Shown piece by piece: positions 53,216-62,648 of a DNA stretch of 64,000 bases. Location: the IMG/VR virus record IMGVR_UViG_3300021400_000063. The stretch is one strand, 5' to 3'. The DNA comes from a virus. Taxonomy: Duplodnaviria; Caudoviricetes. The translations under genes were made by a program, and so were the position numbers. The notes under the pieces were generated by a model that had not been told where the DNA came from, made no database searches, and was given only the letters and a program-made list of their open reading frames with translations. The first letter of the stretch is position 1, and the number at the start of each line of letters is the position of its first letter.

Positions 53216-53864
53216 TAATGATAAAATATTTTCTTGTGAAAATTATAATTTGAAGAATGAACAGTCGCAAGAAGGAATTAAACAAATATTCGTCGGAATA
53301 GGAATATTTTATTTAGCTTTATTCATTTTATCTAAAATTCAAAATAAAATTAAAAAACATAATGAAGCTAAAGTAAAACAATTTACTAAAGATAATAAAT
53401 TAAAATTAGAAAAATTGAAAAAATTTGTCGATAGTTGTTTATTAGAATTTAATGAAATTTGTAAATACATTGAAAATAATTGTGAACAAATAGATTATGA
53501 TAAATTGTTAAATTATGATGATATAATTTCTCCATTCGAAAAGATTATATCAAAAAATAAAAATATTAATAATTCGATTATTCTATATCTTAATAAACAT
53601 GCTAAAAAGATATCATTATATCCACAATTTTACGATCATAATTCAATCGATTATGATGGAAAAGAATTTAAAGATTTAATGAATATCAAATTACCAAAGT
53701 TTACTAAAGAACTTTGTAATAAAAAATATAAATATTTTAAAATAATTTCTAATGAAAAAGAAATTATCGATAATATTTGTGATGGTAGATCTACAATAGA
53801 ACTGAAGGTAGATTACTCAAATTTAGATATTAGTTTACTATCAGATTTTATTGATAAGGATTAA
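53208..53864 (+). CDS. hypothetical protein with TM helix and leader MINNDKIFSCE
   Basis: 218 aa; GGAG SD; hydrophobic residues about 27-42 after 'SQEG'. Confidence 0.75.
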   Translation: MINNDKIFSCENYNLKNEQSQEGIKQIFVGIGIFYLALFILSKIQNKIKKHNEAKVKQFTKDNKLKLEKLKKFVDSCLLEFNEICKYIENNCEQIDYDKLLNYDDIISPFEKIISKNKNINNSIILYLNKHAKKISLYPQFYDHNSIDYDGKEFKDLMNIKLPKFTKELCNKKYKYFKIISNEKEIIDNICDGRSTIELKVDYSNLDISLLSDFIDKD

Positions 53865-53867
53865 TAT

Positions 53868-54623
53868 ATGATTAATAATGATAAAATATTTGCTACCGAA
53901 ATGAATGTTTATGCCTGTTCTCAAGGTCTTTTTGGACCAGATGAAGGTGTTGAAACAGTTGGGGATTTTCAACTTGGTGATTGTAATAATGGTCATGAAG
54001 ATCCTGATTTGGATAAAGCTGAAGAATCTAATGAAAATTTAATTTTCACAATTGATGATGAATGTTATAAATTAAAAGAATTTGAAAATGGTAAATATAA
54101 TATTTTATTTGTAACTGGTTTTTCTGGTTCTGGTAAAACTACATTAGGTGGAGAATTGTCTAAAAAATATCATTGTAGTTTAATACAATTGGATGATATT
54201 ATGACTCCAGATATGTTTACTGATTCAGATTTTAATAAAATGGATCCTATAATTTGTGAATTCTTTAAAGAAAATGAATATGCTAAATTACATAGAAATG
54301 AACACAAATGTTACGATTTAGCTGAAGAATTTATTAATTATGTTATGAATAAACAATTATCTCATAAAATAATAGTTGAAGGCGTTCAAATTTGGTTATC
54401 ATTAAATGATAAAGATAATATTATTAATTATAAACAACTTAAAACTTATCCTATAATTTTCAAAGGAACTGCTGGTATAACTAGTACGATTCGTGCTCTT
54501 AAAAGAGATAAAAAGAAACGTACTATGTATAAAATAGCTCATAAATACTCTTATATATTTACAGATAATTTGAAAATTGAAAAATTAAGAAATATGATTA
54601 AATCTGAATATGATAAACACTAA
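53868..54623 (+). CDS. P-loop (nucleotide kinase-like) protein with leader MINNDKIFATE
   Basis: Walker A GFSGSGKTT, 'LDD', 'IVEG'. Confidence 0.8.
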   Translation: MINNDKIFATEMNVYACSQGLFGPDEGVETVGDFQLGDCNNGHEDPDLDKAEESNENLIFTIDDECYKLKEFENGKYNILFVTGFSGSGKTTLGGELSKKYHCSLIQLDDIMTPDMFTDSDFNKMDPIICEFFKENEYAKLHRNEHKCYDLAEEFINYVMNKQLSHKIIVEGVQIWLSLNDKDNIINYKQLKTYPIIFKGTAGITSTIRALKRDKKKRTMYKIAHKYSYIFTDNLKIEKLRNMIKSEYDKH

Positions 54624-54687
54624 ATAATAAACTTTTGTGGTTATGCCACAAAAGTTTATATATTATAATAATGAAGAGGAGATAAAT

Positions 54688-55005
54688 ATGGAAATAAAAC
54701 TAGAAAAAGAGGAATTAGAATATATTCCTGACGGATCTATTGATTATGTATTAGATGGTGAATATTATTTATGTCATTTTCCGGAATTAGCAAGCTTACA
54801 AGGTAAAAAACTACCTTTCTATGTTATAAAATTGAAGGGTGGAGTTATTTGGTTTGTTGCTAATTTTAAAAGGGAGAAACCAAAAATAAATCCAAAATTA
54901 ATAAAACGATATTCTGGAAAAACAAGAAATAATAATTGTAAAGGGATAACCATCAAATGTAATACAATGTATCATTTAGTAACAGGTGTATTTATTTTTA
55001 TTTAA
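54688..55005 (+). CDS. hypothetical protein (early cassette)
   Basis: ATG at 54688 after GAGGAG; variant 17-mer promoter at 54657. Confidence 0.65.
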   Translation: MEIKLEKEELEYIPDGSIDYVLDGEYYLCHFPELASLQGKKLPFYVIKLKGGVIWFVANFKREKPKINPKLIKRYSGKTRNNNCKGITIKCNTMYHLVTGVFIFI

Positions 55006-55087
55006 AATGAAAGAGGGATTTTATATCCCTCTTTTTTTGTAAATAAATGTTTTTTTTTGATATATTATAATGATGAAGGAGATGAAT

Positions 55088-55876
55088 ATGGAAAAAGCAA
55101 TTAAAAATACTAAATATGCTTTTAAAATATTTTATAATTATTTAGCACAGAATAAAGAATGTGTTAAGATAATTAAAAAGAATGATAGAAAAATTTTTAA
55201 AGGAAAAGTTAAAAATGACTTCTATCAAAATTTGGCTATGTTATCAGATGATACTGAATGTATATCAAATGATGGACATAGAATCAAATATTCCTATTGT
55301 AGTTGGAGGGAAGCATTTTTCAATTCGACAGATAGGAAAAACTTTAAATACTTCGCATCATTGTATCAAACTACAGGTGCGATGGCTTTCCGTATATATA
55401 ATTACGGGATTGAAAGTTATGATTATATTATATCATTAAATAGTGATGCTTATGATCATCTTTCAGATCGGATAACGTGGCTAACATTTTCACACGAAAT
55501 GGGCCACTGTTTATTGGATCATCCGTCTAATCCTTTATCGGATGATGTTAAAAGAGATATAGAAAGAGAAATCGCTGCAGATAATGAAGGATTTAACTTT
55601 CTTAAACAAACAAATGTTATCGATTTAAATGAATATAATGGTCGACAATATTTGGTTGGAGCTGAAGGATTCCGACTAAAGCATATTGCAAATTGTGGAA
55701 TGGTGCTTTATGGAAAAGAAAATGTTGAAGTTATTTGTAATAGCTTTGATAAAGAACGATTAGATTGTTTAGAAGAAATTGCTAAGCGATTTATAAAATT
55801 AGATTCTGATGAAACTTATGAAGAAGATTCTGCTAGAGAATCAAACTTCGAAAAGTTTTTATCAGAAAATCTTTAA
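55088..55876 (+). CDS. zinc metallopeptidase-like protein (HExxH...E; ImmA/IrrE/M48-like)
   Basis: 'TFSHEMGHC' and 'EREIAADNEG'. Confidence 0.7.
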   Translation: MEKAIKNTKYAFKIFYNYLAQNKECVKIIKKNDRKIFKGKVKNDFYQNLAMLSDDTECISNDGHRIKYSYCSWREAFFNSTDRKNFKYFASLYQTTGAMAFRIYNYGIESYDYIISLNSDAYDHLSDRITWLTFSHEMGHCLLDHPSNPLSDDVKRDIEREIAADNEGFNFLKQTNVIDLNEYNGRQYLVGAEGFRLKHIANCGMVLYGKENVEVICNSFDKERLDCLEEIAKRFIKLDSDETYEEDSARESNFEKFLSENL

Positions 55877-55915
55877 ATACAAAGAGAGGATATAGATCCT
55901 CTCTTTTTTTTCTTT

Positions 55916-55954
55916 TATATATTATTATAATGTAAAGAATTCGTATGAGTTCTT
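55916..55954 (+). promoter_or_regulatory. early-type promoter 17-mer plus leader hairpin
   Basis: TATATATTATTATAATG, then AAGAATTC-gtat-GAGTTCTT. Confidence 0.65.
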
Positions 55955-55986
55955 AATATTATAATTTTATTAAGGAGAAATTTTGT

Positions 55987-56403
55987 ATGAAATTTATTTT
56001 CGATCAAAAAACAAATAGTTTTCAAATGAAACTTGAACCTGAGGAATTAGAATTAGCTAAAACTAATCCTGAAAGTTTTAAAGCTTTATTAGAACAACAA
56101 AATAAAGCTAGAGAAGCTATAGCTAATAATCTTATCGAACAAATTAAAGAACAGAACAAAAGTCGATTGGAAACTGAAAAAATTCATATTGCTGAAAGAG
56201 AAGCTACTCGAAAAGCTGAATTCGAAGAACGTGAAATTAAACGTAAAGCTGAATTCGAAGAACGTGAGCAGATACGACAACAAGAACTTGAATTGGAACG
56301 TTTAAATGTTCAAAAATCTCAACTTGCTTGGGATAGAATCATTTATGGTGGAGAAGTTATATTGGATAAAGTTCTTCCAGATCAAACATCTAGTAGTTTT
56401 TAA
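55987..56403 (+). CDS. coiled-coil hypothetical protein (early cassette)
   Basis: 138 aa; internal duplication of RKAEFEERE. Confidence 0.75.
   Translation: MKFIFDQKTNSFQMKLEPEELELAKTNPESFKALLEQQNKAREAIANNLIEQIKEQNKSRLETEKIHIAEREATRKAEFEEREIKRKAEFEEREQIRQQELELERLNVQKSQLAWDRIIYGGEVILDKVLPDQTSSSF
56212..56267 (+). repeat. in-frame tandem duplication (23-nt identical core, 33-nt period)
   Basis: AAAGCTGAATTCGAAGAACGTGA at 56212 and 56245. Confidence 0.85.
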
Positions 56404-56508
56404 AACACAATGAGAAGAAGGCTATTTTAATTAATAGCTTTCTTTTTTTTTATTTATATATTTAAATACTAGAAAACAATAATGTGTAATATATATAGGA
56501 GAATTTAA

Positions 56509-58500
56509 ATGACTTTACTTGACGAATATAAACAGAAAGTATTCGAAACTCTTAAAACAACCTATAATGGAAAAATCAATGATGAATGGTTGAAAAATTA
56601 TGTAAATGACATTGTCGAACGTAAAACAGCCGGAAAGAAATTAGTAGCTCATTGTAGAAATTTGTATAGATATGAATGGCAACTTGAAAGAGATCCAAAT
56701 ACAATTCCATTGGAAATTGAAAAAGATAAATTGAATATTCTTGCAAATGGTACTTTAACAGAGAATTGGAACCCTGCAAGTTATTTCATTATTACTGATT
56801 GGATGGATTCTCGTGCTGTATTTAAGAAGAAAATGCTTGAAGCTAAAAATGCAGGTAATATGGATGATTTCCGCGAATATAATAATAAACAGAATAAGGT
56901 AAAAGCTAATACTAACTCGATTTACGGAGCTTCTACAATGCAATCCTCATTCATTTCGAATATTGATATGGGTGGATCTATTACAGCACAGGCTCGTAAC
57001 TTTATTTCTGAACAAGTATTTACTATTGAAAGATTCTTAGCTGGAAATTTTGCATTTGAAAATGTAAATGAAGTAATGACTTGGATTAATCAGATTTTTA
57101 AAATCAAAGAATCATTATTTACTCCAGAAGCTCTTTCGATTATCGATTATATTCCTACTCCAGAAGATTGTAGAACCCGTTTCATTCTTATGACTAAAGA
57201 TGTTGCTGGTATTAGAAAAAGTCTTAATAAATTCACACAATCGTCTTTCTTAATGTTTGAAATGATGCCAGATTGGAAACGTATAGCTTTTTATTATGCA
57301 AACAATCCTGTAGAATTAATTAGACGTAATAAGAAAGTTTATGATTTAGTTAATAGACTTATTGAAAATGGAATCGAATTTATCAATCCTTATGAAATTC
57401 CAGAAGGAATGAAAACTGATCTGGAACAACTTACAGATTATATGAAAATCTTTGCTTTTGCAACTGTTATTAATTATAATCGTGTTGAAAAGTATAAGAC
57501 TCGTAAAAGAAAGTGTTGTGTTGTTGGAGATACAGATTCAACAATGCCATCACTTTATGAAATAGTTTTGAATACATTGAAAATATATGGTAAAGAAAAT
57601 CTTATGGATGATATGAATGTACAGATTAGAATGACGATGATATTCGTATCTTTGGTTACTACACTTCTCGATGAGTGTTGCCATAATTATGTAGAATGCT
57701 GTAATTCATTCCATCCTGAAGACAGATTCTTTATGTATATGAAAAATGAATTCTTCTTCCCAATTATTCTGTTATTCCCTGTAAAGAAAAATTATATAGG
57801 AATTCAGACTATTCAGGAAGGAAAAATGATTCCTGAAGAAGCACAGTTAGCTATTACTGGTCGTTCTTTAGGTTCATCTGGTCTCAATGAATATGTATCT
57901 ACACATATCATTGATCTTCTTCAGAATATGGTTCTAAGAGCCAATAAGTATGATCCTGTAAACATTCTACATGGTGTCCATGAGATCGAAGATCATATTG
58001 ATAAATCTATTCAAGAAGGAGATAAAACTTTTGGTATTTTTACAAGATACAATGGTATTAATAATATCAAAGATCCTGTAAGAACTACTGCTGCAAGAGC
58101 AAGTTGTATTTGGAATCTTTTATATCCTGACGATTACATCGTTCCTGGAGATGCTGTATACATGTTTGATACAAATCTCATGACTGAAGAAGATCTGGAA
58201 CGTATCGATCCTAAGTTCAATGATATAAAAGAAAAGATTAGAAAAAATGTATTTAGAGTTAATTCTTTAGGTATGGATTTTTCTAGTTTTGGTCTGAAAG
58301 CATTTGCTATTCCAGTAAATGGTAATACTAAGAAGTTACCAGAATGGGTAATTCCATTTATTCGTACAGATTCAATGATTCAAAAACATTTACAGCCTAT
58401 TACATCTTTGTATTCTTCATTATTGTTATCTCCAGCTAGATATCAAGCAGAAGGAAGTAGTACTAAGAAAATGGGCACAAGCACACTCATAAGATTCTAG
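56509..58500 (+). CDS. divergent family B DNA polymerase (phiKZ gp50-like)
   Basis: Motif B 'KANTNSIYG', 'ITAQAR', motif C 'VGDTDS', 'MKNEF', 'KKNY'. Confidence 0.88.
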   Translation: MTLLDEYKQKVFETLKTTYNGKINDEWLKNYVNDIVERKTAGKKLVAHCRNLYRYEWQLERDPNTIPLEIEKDKLNILANGTLTENWNPASYFIITDWMDSRAVFKKKMLEAKNAGNMDDFREYNNKQNKVKANTNSIYGASTMQSSFISNIDMGGSITAQARNFISEQVFTIERFLAGNFAFENVNEVMTWINQIFKIKESLFTPEALSIIDYIPTPEDCRTRFILMTKDVAGIRKSLNKFTQSSFLMFEMMPDWKRIAFYYANNPVELIRRNKKVYDLVNRLIENGIEFINPYEIPEGMKTDLEQLTDYMKIFAFATVINYNRVEKYKTRKRKCCVVGDTDSTMPSLYEIVLNTLKIYGKENLMDDMNVQIRMTMIFVSLVTTLLDECCHNYVECCNSFHPEDRFFMYMKNEFFFPIILLFPVKKNYIGIQTIQEGKMIPEEAQLAITGRSLGSSGLNEYVSTHIIDLLQNMVLRANKYDPVNILHGVHEIEDHIDKSIQEGDKTFGIFTRYNGINNIKDPVRTTAARASCIWNLLYPDDYIVPGDAVYMFDTNLMTEEDLERIDPKFNDIKEKIRKNVFRVNSLGMDFSSFGLKAFAIPVNGNTKKLPEWVIPFIRTDSMIQKHLQPITSLYSSLLLSPARYQAEGSSTKKMGTSTLIRF

Positions 58501-58513
58501 GAGGAAAGTAAAT

Positions 58514-59434
58514 ATGAGTAGAACTAATGGAAGACGAACTGATAAATCATCGTATTCTAATCCGAAAAGCAAGGCTCGTAGCCGAAAAGAACATTCTAAG
58601 AAGGTTGATAATAAACTATATCAATCTTCTACTAAACAGGTGAATAAAAAATCTGAAAATAAAAAGATTAAAGTAAAAACATCATCTACATATGGAAAAG
58701 TTTGTAAAAAACTTCCAGAAGCTAAAACTATAATTGCTACAGATTATTTCGAAAAATTGTATATTGAAATTCCTGTAGTCATGAAATGGTATCATAGATT
58801 ATCTAAGAAATCTACACAGCTTATTGTAAATTTCTTTACAACTAATCAATGGACTTTAGAAATGTTTAGACAAAAATACAGTGAACATTTTGTAGAAAAA
58901 TTTAAGCATACTGATGAGAATGTCAAACGTATGCTTAAATCGTTATTAAAACATAATTTTAATCATAAAGAATTTTATATAAAAGATTATTTTAGTTTTG
59001 GTATATCTATAAGCGATATCTTTTTCTGTAAAAAAGATTCAGCTAATGGAAAGAAGGAATGGGTATTCGTAATGCATCTTTCAGATTTATATGATTCTTA
59101 TGCTGCTTATTATAAACAGCAATATGGTACTATACCATATTCAATCGACATTAATCATTTAATTTACAAAGATACTGATTGTAGAAAAGAATCGAATGTT
59201 GGTAATTACGGATCTATAAATAGTAGATTTGCTATCGTAAATGTAAATCCTTGCAAATATACACCTTATCCTATTCCATATAATGTTGGTATAAGATGTG
59301 TTCTTTATATTAATAATAAGAACAAAAGAAAAGCTATGGATAAAAATTATGATTATATTGAACATCAGTTTAATAAAGTTGTAATTAAAGAAATTCCATT
59401 GATTGCTACACCAGTTTCTACAAAAAGAAAATAA
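58514..59434 (+). CDS. hypothetical protein with basic N-terminus
   Basis: 306 aa, AGGAGG SD. Confidence 0.8.
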   Translation: MSRTNGRRTDKSSYSNPKSKARSRKEHSKKVDNKLYQSSTKQVNKKSENKKIKVKTSSTYGKVCKKLPEAKTIIATDYFEKLYIEIPVVMKWYHRLSKKSTQLIVNFFTTNQWTLEMFRQKYSEHFVEKFKHTDENVKRMLKSLLKHNFNHKEFYIKDYFSFGISISDIFFCKKDSANGKKEWVFVMHLSDLYDSYAAYYKQQYGTIPYSIDINHLIYKDTDCRKESNVGNYGSINSRFAIVNVNPCKYTPYPIPYNVGIRCVLYINNKNKRKAMDKNYDYIEHQFNKVVIKEIPLIATPVSTKRK

Positions 59435-59541
59435 GTATTTATAAATAAATCATAGGGAGAGCAATACTCCCTATGATTTACATTATTTTATTTTTTTATT
59501 ATTTATATATTACTTCTATGTAATAAGTGAGGTATTATATT

Positions 59542-60831
59542 ATGAATATGCGAGAAATAGTTATTGATCGAATTAGACTCAATGAAAATATGTTAGAGAC
59601 TAAACCATCAAATAACTTAAAAGAATTAGGATTTATTGATTATAAAAGAACTATTCAATTATTCATAAAAGAAATAGAAAGAATTAATGGAATACCTGAT
59701 AGAAAGGTTCAAGAAATAGCAGCATTAATAACAAATTATTCGATAGTCGATATTGATAGAGATTCTAGAATGTTTAACAAAACAGTTTATTTCTGTGATG
59801 TTGAGTTTCCTAAAGATTTAAATATGGAAGCTATTGTTAAAAATATAGAACCTTTTATAGAAATCGCATATATTAGACCTACATATGCTTTTCAAACAAG
59901 TCATGTAGTTCGTCCAAATAGCTATGTTGATCTGGGGCTATCAATGTGTGATTTATCGATTTCAGGTTCTTGTGGAATTATAAACTTTGCTGATAACAAA
60001 GGCGAATTTCCTAAATTTAAAGAGCAGATTTATGGTAATTCATTCAATCCTAAATTCTATAATAATATTGATGCTCGATTAGATATGCAGAAACAAAGAA
60101 GTGGAAATATTAATGAATTTGTTGATAATAGAACCACGATATTCTGTAATACATATGGCTCGACTTCTGTTGAAAATTTTATAAATAATGAAGTGAAAAC
60201 AGGGATATATATTAACAACAGGACAAGAGCTTTGAACGATTTTATAAATGATGTATTTCAAAAACTTCTTTATATTGGTTTGGAAAAAATTGAAATTGTA
60301 ATGAAAAAGGTAAATAAACATCTTGAATTCAATGTTACTAAATGTGGTTTCTTTGCTAAGTTTAACGATGATGTAAAACATGATTTCATTGAAGAAATTT
60401 TATGCATTTGTGAAAAACAAGCAGAAATTATAAATGCTAAGATTGATGAAGATTTTTATTTAGTCTATTCATTTGATACAAAATTTGCAATCCTAGATTA
60501 TTTATATAATGAAGGAGGAAATGAACGAGAAATTCGAATAACAAAACCAATCTATCATCTTTATAATGAATTCTCTATTGATACAGAAGACATTATGAAT
60601 AATGTTGAATTGAATGGAGAAATGGCTAAACTTGATATGATTGAAACTGTTGAAAGAGAAGCTATGTTAAATCTTGGTTGTAGTAATAAAGATATCAAAG
60701 AAATGATTGATGTTATTACAGATGCTACAAATACAGTATTAGCTCAAATTGAAAGTTCGAATTCGGATAGAGCTCGTTTGTCCATGGATGATAAACTATG
60801 GCAAAGAAATCTCTTGGAACAGAAGAAGTAG
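59542..60831 (+). CDS. hypothetical protein
   Basis: About 429 aa; ATG at 59542 after GAGGT. Confidence 0.85.
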   Translation: MNMREIVIDRIRLNENMLETKPSNNLKELGFIDYKRTIQLFIKEIERINGIPDRKVQEIAALITNYSIVDIDRDSRMFNKTVYFCDVEFPKDLNMEAIVKNIEPFIEIAYIRPTYAFQTSHVVRPNSYVDLGLSMCDLSISGSCGIINFADNKGEFPKFKEQIYGNSFNPKFYNNIDARLDMQKQRSGNINEFVDNRTTIFCNTYGSTSVENFINNEVKTGIYINNRTRALNDFINDVFQKLLYIGLEKIEIVMKKVNKHLEFNVTKCGFFAKFNDDVKHDFIEEILCICEKQAEIINAKIDEDFYLVYSFDTKFAILDYLYNEGGNEREIRITKPIYHLYNEFSIDTEDIMNNVELNGEMAKLDMIETVEREAMLNLGCSNKDIKEMIDVITDATNTVLAQIESSNSDRARLSMDDKLWQRNLLEQKK

Positions 60832-61217
60832 TTAAAAAGAAACCTGGAAGAAAAAGAATAATTCCAGTTGAATCTAAAGCATTAAAATATTTCTACATTA
60901 TTAAAGTAAAATTTAAAGGTAGAGATATAGTTAAGTTTGGGATAAGCAATTCGTTTCTTAGGCGGCGTAGAGAGTACAACAACAGCGAGACTGTTGGTTA
61001 CTTTTTAGATCTATTCCATCTTTATAAATGTAATAATCCTAAACAAGTTGAAACATTAGTTAAATGGAGAATGCGTTCTCTAAAAATAAAACCAGTGTTT
61101 AAACAAGAATATTTCGAAATGGAATATCTTGATTATATTATAGAACAGGCAAAGTATTTTGCTAATGAATTTAATATCAAATTTAAAGAAATTCAGATAT
61201 CTGATATTAAAATTTGA
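60798..61217 (+). CDS. GIY-YIG-superfamily (T5orf172/MUG113-like) protein
   Basis: 'YFYII...VKFGIS....RR.EY...E.....EYF'; N-terminal KKPGRK. Confidence 0.6.
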   Translation: MAKKSLGTEEVVKKKPGRKRIIPVESKALKYFYIIKVKFKGRDIVKFGISNSFLRRRREYNNSETVGYFLDLFHLYKCNNPKQVETLVKWRMRSLKIKPVFKQEYFEMEYLDYIIEQAKYFANEFNIKFKEIQISDIKI

Positions 61218-61267
61218 TATTTAGAACGATAAATTTATATATTTATAATAAAGAAAGGAGGCCTAAT

Positions 61268-61633
61268 ATGGCTGAAACTAAAGAAAAGACAGTTGTAGAT
61301 TCACTTTCAAATGATGATACAATTAAAGAACTCGAAACTCTTGGAACAAAAATTCATGATATTATCAAATCTGATGATTATAAGAAGTTTCTTGAGATCA
61401 CAGAAAATTTGAATAAGAAACTTACTACAGATAATGAAAAAATCGACAAGACTGGTAAATCTGAATACACATTTGAACAACGTACACTTATTTCTGCACA
61501 ACTTTGTGCTATGGGAAATGTTGATGCTGCTCTTGGAACACTTATGAATATTCTCGATTTAAGATATCGTGAAGAAGTTAAAGTTGCCGCTATTAAAGCT
61601 GTTGAAAAATCAGAAGATAAAAAAGATGCATAA
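61268..61633 (+). CDS. hypothetical protein
   Basis: ATG at 61268 after AAGGAGG. Confidence 0.8.
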   Translation: MAETKEKTVVDSLSNDDTIKELETLGTKIHDIIKSDDYKKFLEITENLNKKLTTDNEKIDKTGKSEYTFEQRTLISAQLCAMGNVDAALGTLMNILDLRYREEVKVAAIKAVEKSEDKKDA

Positions 61634-61652
61634 GCATTAAAGGAGTTTAATT

Positions 61653-61820
61653 ATGTGTGATTCAAATTCAGATAAAATGAAAGAATACGAAGAACATGCC
61701 CGTGGTAATGAAAGTCTTCGTGACCAAATGGATGGTCGTCTTAACGAGCCTCGTTTGGAAAAATCTATGGAAAATTCCGCAGAAAATCAGCAGCGTGACC
61801 CAGCTCAATCAATGGGTTAA
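61653..61820 (+). CDS. small hydrophilic protein (55 aa), not in the ORF track
   Basis: AAGGAG-N7-ATG; MCDSNSDKMKEYEEHARGNESLRDQMDGRLNEPRLEKSMENSAENQQRDPAQSMG fills the gap exactly. Confidence 0.75.
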   Translation: MCDSNSDKMKEYEEHARGNESLRDQMDGRLNEPRLEKSMENSAENQQRDPAQSMG

Positions 61821-61834
61821 GGAGTAAAACTTAT

Positions 61835-62569
61835 ATGGCAGTTGAATCTAATGAAAATAAATCAAATCAGGTATATCATTTGTATGCTCAGATGTCTAAG
61901 ACATTTTTCAGCTACAAGAAACCTGCCGATGGAAAAGCTTATGCTTTTGTAAATATCATGTATCATGATGGAAAATTGACTCTTCGTTTTAAACGTGGAA
62001 TTACTTCCGAAAATGTACTTGATCTCACATGTTATCTTTCACCTGCAAAAGCTTATGATGCTGCTCGCCTTCTTGAAGGTATTATGGGTAGACGTCGTGA
62101 AGCTTATGCTGCTGGTAAGAATTATCAGTCTGACGAAGTTTACAAGATTCCTACATCAGCTTATCGTGATGGACAGGAAGTTCCAACAGGATATCTTATA
62201 ATTGATACAGAAATGTATGATGGCATTCCAAGACTTCGTCTTTCATATCATGATCTTGAAAAGAATGATTCTGTTGAAGTTGTATTCAATTCACGTGTTC
62301 CATCAGGTGAAATCGAAGCTTCAACAAGTCTTGATTTCAAGATTGATTATGCGGATATCGAAGCATATGAATTTGTAACAACATTCAAAGAATTACAGGA
62401 TCCTCTGATTCCTATGATTTATCGTATGCAGGATGCTGCTGTTAATACAATCACCAAATATATCAGTGCTTGTTTCAAAAACTTCCATAGTGCTGGTAAT
62501 AGATCTGGTGGTTATAACAATTCTTCAAATTATGGTGGTGAAGAAGAATTTGCTGATTCACCATTTTAA
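61835..62569 (+). CDS. putative single-stranded DNA-binding protein
   Basis: Beta-rich core, Gly/Asn/Ser linker and an acidic tail ending EEEFADSPF, like SSB C-termini. Confidence 0.45.
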   Translation: MAVESNENKSNQVYHLYAQMSKTFFSYKKPADGKAYAFVNIMYHDGKLTLRFKRGITSENVLDLTCYLSPAKAYDAARLLEGIMGRRREAYAAGKNYQSDEVYKIPTSAYRDGQEVPTGYLIIDTEMYDGIPRLRLSYHDLEKNDSVEVVFNSRVPSGEIEASTSLDFKIDYADIEAYEFVTTFKELQDPLIPMIYRMQDAAVNTITKYISACFKNFHSAGNRSGGYNNSSNYGGEEEFADSPF

Positions 62570-62648
62570 TAATATTTTATAAAAAATATGGAAAAGAAAC
62601 TAGTTAAGTATAAACTAGTTTCTTTTTTATAAGGAGAAATATAATCCT

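Noticed and set aside
56212-56267. Direct repeat as a regulatory or mobile-element feature
   Set aside because: It is an in-frame 11-codon duplication within a coiled coil.
11513-58500. Group I introns in the RNAP, gyrA or DNA polymerase genes (common in AR9-like phages)
   Set aside because: Each gene is a single continuous ORF with its motifs in order; no interrupting non-coding segment was seen.
60798-61217. Mobile homing endonuclease
   Set aside because: The protein is short, lacks an evident separate DNA-binding domain or intron context, and is only supportable as a GIY-YIG-like domain protein.
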